Positions 53,681 through 64,000 of a stretch of DNA of 64,000 nt are shown piece after piece (within the stretch, counting starts at the first letter, position 1; each line of letters begins with the position of its first letter). The DNA comes from Mobula hypostoma (Eukaryota), in assembly GCF_963921235.1 (NCBI RefSeq), contig NC_086097.1, positions 217,002,001 to 217,066,000 on the forward strand. Reading direction: 5' to 3'. The position numbers and the translations under genes were made by a program. The notes under the pieces are model-generated. The model made no database searches, was not told the origin of the DNA, and worked only from the letters and a program-made list of their open reading frames with translations.

Positions 53681-54110
53681 GGAAGAGAACTAGGGTTTAA
53701 GTAGACAGAAGCATACGTTACTTCTTCATATCTACGATGTGCGGAATTGTAAATAAGAATAAATAAAATATATCCTATGGAATAGGTCTTTCATTTTAAA
53801 ATTATTTAAGAAGTCATTAGGTAGTCAATGGGGTTCAATTTAGGTGAAACAATCGCCTCGAACATAGAATTAAATCAAAATCCTCTGCGGATTGGAAAAC
53901 TGAAATAAAATAGAAACTGCCCCCTAACACTCTAAAAAGAGAACTAACATAAGACGTCAATCAAGTTATCTCAGTAATGAATGTGCTTCGGTGTTGTTCC
54001 CTACGGTAATTATAACATAAAAAGAGGTTGAGATTCACAGTCGCGAGCAATTTCAAAATGTCTTTAACTACCAGTACCTGTACGTAATAAGTCAAACAAA
54101 ATGAATTTAC

Positions 54111-54190
54111 CTTCACAAGATCGGATGGACCTGATTTACCCTGTGGTCTTGTTCTGTCCGGATGAGATTGCAAGACGGAGAGGAGTTAAT
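54111..54190 (-). other. CRH: Probable non-coding exon 1 of the CRH-family gene (intron about 53690-54110)
   Basis: GAAG|gtaaat donor on - strand at 54110 (alternative donors nearby), ccctAG acceptor 9 nt before the ATG, TATA box about 30 nt upstream; two-exon layout typical of CRH genes; start is approximate. Confidence 0.55.
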
Positions 54191-54216
54191 TGGGGGGTAA
54201 AGTCTGGCTATTGCAG

Positions 54217-54223
54217 TTTTATA
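54217..54223 (-). promoter_or_regulatory. TATA box of CRH-family gene
   Basis: TATAAAA on - strand upstream of putative exon 1. Confidence 0.7.
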
Positions 54224-54261
54224 TCTCCATCTGCGACCCGTGTGTCACGATTGCGTCCTGG

Positions 54262-54272
54262 TTGGTGACGCA
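54262..54272 (-). promoter_or_regulatory. Variant CRE (TGCGTCACCAA)
   Basis: CGTCA half-site about 45 nt upstream of TATA; resembles the mammalian CRH promoter CRE context as recalled (TGACGTCACCAA) minus one base. Confidence 0.5.
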
Positions 54273-54339
54273 AAGATTATCCGAGCATTCATGAATGAAA
54301 AGTGAGGGGAAGGAGACACACACACACACACACACCACC

Positions 54340-54346
54340 TGACTCA
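54340..54346. promoter_or_regulatory. AP-1 consensus site TGACTCA
   Basis: Perfect heptamer about 120 nt upstream of TATA; function not demonstrated. Confidence 0.35.
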
Positions 54347-55029
54347 GAGGAATTACTCTGCAACGAATGCGCTGATCCAGTCCCTTCGCAAGATTTGGAC
54401 CTAGCTCTGTTGAATGTGGTGTTTCCCTGCCAATTATACATGGAAAATGATAGCACTAACTTGAAGATAAACTGGCTGATTCATGGCTAGCAAACAGCAT
54501 TAAAACAACCCTGGGTTGTACTGGTCCGAATGTCTCTTATTTAACGGCATTTAGGGTTTTTAATTAATGAACAAAAATGCTATCAGAGTTTAATGAAAGC
54601 GGATGTAATGGGATAATACAATTGTTACGGAATTTTTTTGTTGTTGTTAAGAGTGCATCGTCTTTTCTCTCGTACAGTACAATGTTAGCAGCGTAATGAA
54701 ATAAAGAACTTCAGGTATAAGTCTCGGAAGGGAATTTTGCTCTTATTTCAGGAGACTGTTTTTGTCATAAGTGTCGATCAACATTGACGTTCTTTGTAAA
54801 TTCTCTAGCACAGCATATTCATGTCGTTGTTTTAAATTTTCAATCTTACTTTTCCAAATGCATCAAAATACCCGAGAGATTCACAGAAACGTAATCAAAC
54901 TGCCAAATCCTGAAAGTATTTGCAGAGACTATCAAAAATTTTTATCCGTCAATTAAAAACCAATCGTATATCCTATGACAGGGATAGTTCATTACGGAGG
55001 CTTATGAGGTTTAACATTTCTTGTCACAA

Positions 55030-55620
55030 AATTAGAAGTCAACGTTAATTCAAATTCAATAGCAGATCTCTAACAGCATATTTATCGACTCCTGTGCTGG
55101 AATCCGGAGCAACAATCAAGCTGTCAATCTGCGGGAGAAACCCTGTGAGCCGAGCAGCGTATGTGGGGGCGGGTGGGAGTGGAAGGAACGCTCCGGGTCG
55201 AAACCCTGCTTCAAAACTGAGAGCAGGGAATAGGATAGCCAATATAAAGAGGTGAGGCAAATGATGAGACAGAGGATTGAGGTGACGGGCGGACTGAGGA
55301 AATGCGGCGGGGGTAGTGGAAGAGATTAGTTGAAGGATGACGAACAGATAGGACCATGTAAGGGGAGGTGTGGAGTTGGGAGGCATGATACATGAAAGCA
55401 GACAGAAAAGGAGAAAGATGGAGCCGCGAAGGGAGTGGGGAGGGTGAACGTAGATACAGCCGCTGGACTAATCAGTGGGGAACGTAAAGCTAACGGTGTA
55501 GAGAGGTAAGGAAGGTAATAGTGGAAACCAATAAGGGAGAGGTGAGATAAGAGCAGACAGAACCAGGACGATATGGGAGAAGGGGGGAAATGATGGGTAA
55601 AATATGCATGTACCTGAACA
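55030..55620 (-). mobile_element. Penelope-like terminal fragment
   Basis: gtcgaaaccctgcttcaaaactgag motif followed by purine-rich tract like 22740-23020. Confidence 0.5.
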
Positions 55621-55986
55621 GTAAAAAAAAAAGAAATCAAACCCTTAGAAAGAAGTAACATTACTGTAGACTGGAAGATGTAGAATCCTTGAGGGTAGAA
55701 GTAAGAAACTACAAAAGTAAAAATACTCTGATGGGAGTTATATACTTGCTTCTGAACAATAACTAGGATGTGGGATGCGAATTACAACAGGAAATAGAAA
55801 AGGCATGTAAAATACGAATATTACCACAGTCATGGGGATTTTGATATGCAGGTAGATTGGAAAAATCACTTAGTCCTAAATCCCAAGGATGCCCTCAAAT
55901 GGCTTTTTAGAGAAGTCTGTGGTTGAGCCGGCTTGGGGAAAGACAATTCTGGATTAGGTGTTGTGTAATGAACCAGATGTGATTAG

Positions 55987-58900
55987 TGCCAGTGAGGGTA
56001 AGAATAGGATGCTCTGTCAGATGAACAAGTGGCTGAGGAACTGGTGTAGGGGGCAGGGTTTCAGATTTCAGGATCATTGGGACCTCTTCTGGGGCATTTG
56101 GAACCTGTACAAGAGAGACGGGTTACACTTGAACTACAAGGGGACCAACATCCTTGCAGGGAGGTTTGTTAGTGCTGTTGGGGAGGGTTTAAAATAGATT
56201 TGCAGTGGGATGGGAACCAGAGTGCCAGAGCAGATAGTGGAGCGGGAGTGAAAATAAATGATGTTAAAAGTTCATGCAAAGTCACAAATAGAAGGGTTGT
56301 GTGTGGTGGTAACAATCTTCTGAGGTGAGTTTATTTCAATGCAAGGAGTATTGTGCGGAAGGCTGATGAGCTGAGGGCATGGATTGACACATGGAATTAC
56401 GACATTATAGAAATTAGTGAAACTTGGCTGCAGGAGGGGCAGGACTGGCAGCTTAATGTTCCAGGGTTCCAATGTTTCAGATGTGATAGAGGCAGAGGAA
56501 TGAAGGGTGGGGTGGTGGCATTGCTAGTCAGGGAAAATGTTACAGCAGTGCTCAGGCAGAGGGCTTGTCTACCAAGGCCATATGGGTGGGCTGAGAAACA
56601 GAAAATGTATGACCACATTAATGGGGTTGTATATTAGACCACCCAATAGTCAGAGAGAATTGGAGGAGCGAATCTGCAGAGAGATAGCAGACAACTACAA
56701 GAAACATGAAGTTGTGATAGTAGGGGTTTTTAATTTTCCACATATTGATTGGGACTCCCATACTGTTAAAGGTCTAGACAGGTTAGAGTTTGTAAACTGT
56801 GTTCAGGAAAGTTTTCTAAATCAATATGTAGCGGTACCAACTAGAGAGGATGCAATATTAGATCTCCTATTAAGAAATGATTTAGGACAGGTGACGGATG
56901 TGAGTATAGGGGAACACTTTGGTTCCAGTAATCATAACACCATTAGTTTCAACTTGATCATGGATAAAGATAGATCTGGTCCTCCGGTTGAGGTTCTAAA
57001 CTGGAAAAAGGCCAAATTTGAAGAAATGAGAAAGGATCTAAAAAGCGTGGATTGGGACAGGTTGTTCTCTGGCAAGGATGTGATCGGTAAGTGGGAAGCC
57101 TTCAAAGGAGAAATTTTGAGAGTGCAAAGTTTATATGTTCCTGTCAGGATTAAAGGCAAAGTGAATAAGAATAAGGAACCTTAGCTCTCAAGGGATATTG
57201 GAACTCTGATAAAGAAGAAGAGAGAGATGTATGACATGTATAGGGTACAGGGAGCAAATAAGGCGCTTCAGGAGTATAAAAAGTGCAAAAAATACTTAAG
57301 AAAGATATCAGGAGGGCTAAAAGCAGACATGAGGTTGCTTTGGCGGTCAAGGTGAAGGATAATCCAAAGAGCTTCTACAGGTATATTAAGAGCAAAATGA
57401 TAGTAAGGGATAAAATTGGTGCTCTTGAAGATCAGAATGGTCGGCTATGTATGGAACCAAAAGAAATGGGGGAGATCTTAAATGGGTTTTTTGCATCTGT
57501 ATTTACTAAGGAAACTGGCATGGAGTCAATGGAGATAAGGCAAACAAGTAGTGAGGCCATGGAACCTATACAGATTGAAGTGGAGGAGCTGCTTGCTATC
57601 TTGTGGCAAATCAGAGTAGATAAATCCCCAGGACCTGACAGGGTATTCCCTTGGACCTTAAAGGAGACTAGTGTTGAAATTGCAGGGGCCCTGGCATATA
57701 TATTTAAAATGTCGGTATCTATGGGTGAGGTGCCGGAGGATCGGAGAATAGCTCATGTTGTGCCTTTGTTTAAAAAGGGCTCTAAAAGTAATCTGGAAAA
57801 TTATAGGCTGGTAAGTTTGACATTGGTAGTAGGTAAATTATTAGAAGGAGTACTAAGAGTTAGGATCTACAAGTATTTGGATAGACAGGGACTTATTAGG
57901 GAGAATTAATATGGCTTTGTGTGTGGTAGGTCATGTTTAACCTATCTATTAGAGTTTTTCGAGGAGGTTACCAGGAAAGTGGATGAAGGGAAGGCAGTGG
58001 ATGTTGTCTACATGGATTTCAGTAAGGCCTTTGACAAGGTCCCACATGGGAGGTTAGTTAGGAAGTTTCAGTCACTAGGTATACATGGAGAGGTAGTAAA
58101 TTGGTTCAATGGAAGAAGCCAGAGAATGGTAGTGGATGATTGCTTCTCTGAGTGGAGGCCTGTGACTAATGGTGTGCCACAGGGATCAGTGCTGGGTCCA
58201 TTGTTATTTGTCATCTATATCAATGATCTGGATGATAATGTGGTAAATTGGATCTGCAAATTTGCTGATTATACAAAGATTGAAGGTGTAGTGGACAGTG
58301 AGGAAAGTTTTCAAAGCTTGCAGAGGGATTTGGACCAGCTGGAAAAATGGGCTGAAAAATGGCAGATGGAGTTTAATACAGACAAGTGTGAGGTATTGCA
58401 CGTTGGAAGGACAAACCAAAGTGGAACATACAGGGTTAATGGTAAGGCACTGAGGAGTACAGTAGAACAGAGGGATCTGGGAATACAGATACAAAATTCC
58501 CTAAAAGCGGTGTCACAGGTAGATAGGGTCGTAAAGAGACCTTTTGGTTCATTGGCCTTTATAAATCAAAGTATTGAGTTTCAGAGTTGGAACGTTATGG
58601 TAAGGTTGTATAAGGCATTGGTGAGGCCAAATTTGGAGTATTGTGTGCAGTTTTGGTCACCAATTTACAGGAAGGATATAAATAGGGTTGAAAGAGTGCA
58701 GAGAAGGTTTAGAAGGATGTTGCCGGGACTTGAGAAACTGAGTTACAGGGAAAGGTTGAATAGGTTAGGACTTTATTCCCTGGAGCGTAGAAGAATGAGG
58801 GGAGATTTGATAGAGGTATATAAAATTATGATGGGTATAGATAGAGTGAATGCAAGCAGACTTTTTCTACTGAGGCAAGGGGAGAAAAAAAACAGAGGAT

Positions 58901-59177
58901 GTGGATTAAGGGTGAAGAGGGAAAAATTTAAAGGGAACATGGGGGGGGACTTCTTCACACAGAGGTTGGTGGGATGTGGAATGAGCTGCCATATGAAGTG
59001 GCAAATGTGGGCTCACTTTTAACATTTAAGAAAAACTTGGGCAGGTACATGGATGAGAGGTGTATAGAGGGATATAGTCCAGGTGCAGGTCAGAGGGACT
59101 AGGCAGAAAAACGGTTTGATACAGCCAAGAAGGGCCGAAAGGCCTGTTTCTGTGCTGTAATGTTCTATGGTTCTATG
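55987..59177 (+). mobile_element. CR1 LINE with ORF1 (SGNH-esterase-like) C-terminus and near-complete ORF2, inactivated
   Basis: WLRNWC..DHWDLFWG..DGLHLN ORF1 remnant; ISETWL, RPPNS, QGSVLGP, KFADY motifs; several stops and frameshifts. Confidence 0.92.
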
Positions 59178-60757
59178 GACCTTAAGGTATAGGGACCCTT
59201 AGAAGAAGAGATCACAATATGATAAAATTCATCCTGCTATTTCAGGAAAAGCTAAAGCCAGACTAAATTAAAGGGAATTGCAGAGGCATGAGAGAGGAGC
59301 TGGCCAGAATTGTTGGACAGGGGACACACACAGGGATGACGACAGAACAGTAACGGATAAAGTTTATGGGCGCAGGTGATGAGGCGTAGGATAGATGCAT
59401 CCCAAAGATGAAGAATCAAAAGAGAGGCAAGAGTTGATATTGGACAGCTGGAAAATGACACTGGCGAGGTTGTAATGGGGAAGAATGAAATGGCAAATGA
59501 ACTTAATAAGTATGTTATGTCAGTTTTCACTGTGGAAGATACTAGCAGTATGCCTGAAATTCAAGAGTAACACGGAGCAGAGGTGAGTGTAGTTGCTATT
59601 ACTATGGACAGAGTGCTTGGGAAGCTGAAAAGTTTGAAGGTAGATAGGTCACCCGGACCAGATGACCACACCCGAGGTTCTGATAGAAGTAGCTGAAGAT
59701 CTAGCTGGAGGCATTAGTAATGATCACTAGATTCTGGAGTGATTCCAATGGACAGTAAGATTATTAGCACTCTTTATGAAGCGAGGAAGGTGGAAGAAAG
59801 GAAATTATAGGCCAGTTAGCCTCAGTTCAGTGGTTGGGAAGATCTTGGAGTCTATTATTAAGGATGAGGTTTTGTGGTACTTGGAAGCACTTGATAAAGT
59901 AGGCCAAAGTCAGCATGGTTTCTTTAGGGAGAAATACTGCCTGACAAATCCATTGGAATTCTTTGAGGAAATAACAGGAAGGATAGAAAATGAAGAGTCA
60001 ATGGATGCTGCTTACTCGGATATTCAGAAGGCCTCTGGCAAGATGCCACACGTGTGGTCGCTTAACAAGGTAAGATCCCATAGTATTACAAGGTACTAGC
60101 ATGGATAGAAGATTGGCTGACTGGTAGTGGTCAAAGCGTGGGAATAAAGGGAGCCTTTCTGATTGGCTGTCAGTGACCTGTGGTGTTCCGCAGCTGTCAG
60201 TATCGGGACTGATTCTATGGACAGTATATGTCAAAGATTTGGATGATGGAATTGATTACTTTGCGGTCAAGTTTGCAGACAATACAAAGAGAGGTGGAGG
60301 GGCAGGGAGTGTTGAGGAAGAAGGAGGTCAGCAGAAGGATTTGTCTTAGACAGATTGGGAGAATGGACAAGATGTGGCAGATGGAATATGATGTAGGGTG
60401 GTGTATGGTAATACACTTTCGTAGAAGGAATAAAAGTGTAGCCTATTTTCTAAATGGGGAGAAAATTCAATAATCAGAGGTGCAAAAGGACTTGGTTGTG
60501 CTTGCGCAAGATTCCTTAAAAGTCAATTTGCAGGTTGAGTAAGTGGTAAGGAAGGCAAGTGCATTGTTAGGATTCATTTCGAGGAGACTAGAACATGAAA
60601 GCAAGGTTGTACTGCTGGAGCTTTATAAGGCATTGGTCAGAATGCACTAAGGGTACGGTGAGCAGTTTTGGGCCCCTTAGCTAAGATGTTCTGACTTTGG
60701 AGAGAGTCCAGAGGAGGTTCACATAACTGATTCCGGAAATGTAAAGGTTAATGTATG

Positions 60758-60893
60758 AAAAACAAGAGAAAATCTGCAGATGCTGGAAATCCAGGCAACA
60801 CACACACAAAATGCTGGAGGAACTCAACCGGCCAGGTAGCATCTATGGAAAAGAATACAGCTGACGTTTCGGGCCAAGACCCTTCGGCCAGTC
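60758..60893. mobile_element. Penelope-like terminal fragment inserted in CR1
   Basis: aaatctgcagatgctggaaat..gacgtttcgggccaagaccctt; similar to 690-740. Confidence 0.6.
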
Positions 60894-61560
60894 CTGCCTA
60901 CACAGCCTCCAGAATAGAGATGCGTACAATTAGAACAGAGATGAGGGAGAATATCTTCAGCGGGGGCGGGGGGGGGGAGGAGAATTTGTGCAATTCATTA
61001 CCACAGACTGGTGTGGCGGCCACGTTACTCGGTTCTTGATAAGTAAGGGCGTCAAAAGTTACGATGAAAAGGCAGGAGAATGGTTTGAGAGGGATAACAA
61101 GTCAGCCATGATGGAATGGCTCATCAGTGTCAACGACCTAATTCTGCTCCTATGTGTGAATTAGAAAGAGTAGTTTAGGACATTTCTATATCTTGAAAAG
61201 CACCTATAATCACTTGATTTCAGAATTGCGAGCAAATAAGTTAAAATCCAACTGCAATTTCTCCCCTTTCCGATATGTTTAGAACATTTCGCAGTTCCAT
61301 TCTTCGAAAATATTATTACTCCGCCACAGGAATCTTCCCACTTTAGTGCATTCACTGCAAAAAAAAGAAAAACAATTTACACTGTTATCTTTATATTACC
61401 TCAAAACCGTGCTTTGGATGGTCTAAGCAGCAAGAAAATCGATTTTTTTTTTTGCGTGCGTTGACATGAGCTCTACCCTCCCCAGCATCGAGAGCATCTT
61501 CGAAAGGGGATGTCTCAAAAACGCGGCATCCATCATTAAGGACCCCCCTCCCCCCCCCCC

Positions 61561-61639
61561 ACACACACATACTCTCTCTCTCTCTCTCTCTCATACACAC
61601 ATACACTCCACACACACTCACACACACACACACACACAC

Positions 61640-61673
<34 letters not shown>

Positions 61674-61751
61674 ACACACACGCACGCACACACACACACA
61701 CACACACTCACACACACACACTCACACGCACACACGCACACACACACGCAC

Positions 61752-61823
<72 letters not shown>

Positions 61824-61858
61824 ACACACACTCACTCACTCACTCACTCACTCACTCA
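61561..61858 (+). repeat. Compound (CA)n/(CT)n/(CACT)n microsatellite inside a Rex1-like 3' fragment (about 61465-62130)
   Basis: Direct observation; flanks encode AASIIKDP and the Rex1-like tail. Confidence 0.95.
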
Positions 61859-63052
61859 CCAAGGACATGCCGTCTTCTCATTGCTAACATTAAGGAAGAG
61901 GTACAGAAGCCTGAAGACGCAGACTCAACGTTTTAGGAACAGTTTCTTCATTAGAGTAATTAGATTTCTGAATGGACACCGAGCCGCAGTACACCGTCTC
62001 AATGCATTTTTTCTATTTTGCTCTCTTTTTACACGAATTTAATTTTTCATATATTGTAATTTATTGGATTTTATGGATTGCAATGTACTGGTGCTGCAGG
62101 CATACGCCAGTAAAATTTAACCTGATTCTGATCCTGATGTCCGGTATAGAGATGGAAATAGCTAATACGGCACAAGGTCCAACCAGGGACCTGGTCGCTA
62201 TTACTAGATCCAATGTCAACAGAAGCCTTGTGCCTTTCTTCTGATGTCGCAGAAATGTGCACATTAGTTCCAAATGTTCCTCCACTTTTAATACATTTGC
62301 AAAACATTCTTTTTTACAGATTCGTACATACTCCATCTCGACTGTTGGCTTTCCATAGATGCTGCCTGGCCCGTTGAGTTCCTTCAGCTTTTTGCGTGTT
62401 ATTCTCTTAGATATATAGTTCTATAGCTCTTATTGCTATATCATTTTAATAGAAAGAATGGATGAGGAGTGCTACTCTGTGCTTAATGTTACAATTCTTC
62501 TAAGGCTGTGATACAGGAAAAACCTTCGCCTCGTAATCTTCAAGGTCCAGGGCAGATTAATACAGCAACACTAAAGTAAACGTGCCATCATGAACTTTAG
62601 AAGCAGGAGCATAAGATTAAAAAATTCAGATAGTAAATGTTAAAAGTATATAAACATTAGTTAGGGCTCTCTTGGGGCACATGCTGAATGTCGAGGCAAG
62701 GAATTATTTGGGCTTTTCGTAACGAAGGATAAGTCTGCCAGGCACGGTTTGATGTAAATGGATGGATATTTGCAAAACTCTGTTTTAGATACAGTTGGGT
62801 ATGCATATCGCTTTACAGTACTTCTCATATCATCACTGACGGGCGGGACACATGCAGGTATGAGTCAAAAATGCAAAACCACGCTGTATGTGATGTGCCT
62901 TGCTGTAGCACGGGCACCCGAACCCTATGATACAAAACCTGCGCTTCATGCCGAATAAATCTCCACTTGTTGGGTTTGTCGAAACTGAACGTCCCGACAA
63001 CGGATAGTGAGGAATGCTCGGGGTCTCTCCCCACCCCACCCCACCCTCCACC

Positions 63053-63422
63053 TCAGTGGCCACTTTATTGGATACTTTATTGCTGGTTGATGCAAGTATC
63101 TAATCAGCTGATCATGTGACAACAACTCAATGCCTAAAAGAATGCAAACACGGTTGCTCGGATTGGGGATGAAATGTGATCTAAATAACTTTGACCGCGG
63201 AATGATTGTTGCTGTCAGAAGGATTTGTCTGACTATCTCCGAAACTGCTGTCCTCCTGGGATTTTCACGCACAACGGTTTACAGAGAATGGTGCACAAAC
63301 AAACAAAAAAAACCAGCGAGCGGCGATTCTGTGGAAGAAATGCCTTGTCAATGAGGGAGGTCTGAAGAGAATGGACGGATTGGTTCAAGCTTACAGGAAG
63401 GCGATAGTATCTCAGTTAACGA
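63053..63422 (+). mobile_element. Tc1-like transposon 5' fragment
   Basis: cagtggccactttatt terminus; DLNNFDRGMIV..ISETAVLLGFSRTTV helix-turn-helix remnant. Confidence 0.75.
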
Positions 63423-63424
63423 TA

Positions 63425-64000
63425 TTGAATTGAATTGACTTTATTTCTTACATCCTTCACATACATGAGGAGTAAAAATCGTTACGTTACGTCTTCATCT
63501 CAATGTGCAATGTACAATTATAGTAATTTATAATAAATAGAACAGTCAATATAACACAGACATACACTCAAATCAGCGTGAGTTAATCAGTCTGATGGCC
63601 TGATGGAAGAAGCTGTCCGGAGCCTGTTAGTCCTGGCTTTTATGCCTGGCTTCCTGGATGGTAGCAGCTGGAATAGGTTGTGGTTGGAATGACTCGGGTC
63701 CCCAATGATCCTACGGGCCCTTTTTACACAACTGTCTTTGTAAATGTCCTGTATCATGGGATGTTCACAACTACAGATGCGCTGGGCTGTCCGCACCACT
63801 CTCTGCAGAGTCCTGCGATTAAGAGAGGTACAGTTCCCATACCAGGCAGTGATGCAGCCAGTCTGGATGCTCTCAGTAGTGCCCCTGTAGAAAGTTCTTA
63901 GGATTAGGAGCCCATACCAAACTTCCTCAACCGTCTGAGGTGAAAGAGGCGCTGTTTTGCCTTTTTCACCGCACAGCTGGTGTGTACAGACCACGTGAGA
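63425..64000 (-). mobile_element. Rex1/Babar-like LINE 3' part (runs off window)
   Basis: FYRGTTESI..CITAWYGNC..LQRVVRTAQRI; ttgaa-type tail. Confidence 0.85.

Larger units (their letters stand above)
55640..61155 (+). mobile_element. Old CR1 LINE split by a younger CR1 insertion
   Basis: Endonuclease remnant breaks at gaaccagatgtgattag (about 55986) and resumes gaccttaagg (about 59178), running to CR1 tail. Confidence 0.75.

Noticed and set aside
61466..61936. 156-aa His/Thr-rich ORF and its antisense Cys/Val-rich ORFs
   Set aside because: Translation of a (CA)n microsatellite within a LINE fragment

Overview
Repeat-rich vertebrate genomic DNA, most likely from a cartilaginous fish (inferred from the CR1/Rex1/Penelope repeat landscape and large introns). 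The + strand carries eight coding exons of the muscle RING-finger gene TRIM55/MuRF2, from the B-box exon at 16593 to the stop at 52270; the RING exons appear to lie upstream of the window. Tail-to-tail with it, about 0.9 kb away on the - strand, is an intact corticotropin-releasing-hormone-family precursor (53183-53680) in the classic CRH1 syntenic position. Its mature 41-mer is only 16/41 identical to human CRH, is charge-reversed and has urocortin-2/3-like residues. The rest is largely nested retroelements and DNA transposons. One 5'-inverted, TSD-flanked CR1 insertion has 16 of 18 aligned adenosines changed to G in a 68-nt stretch. All family assignments come from motif recognition, not database searches.
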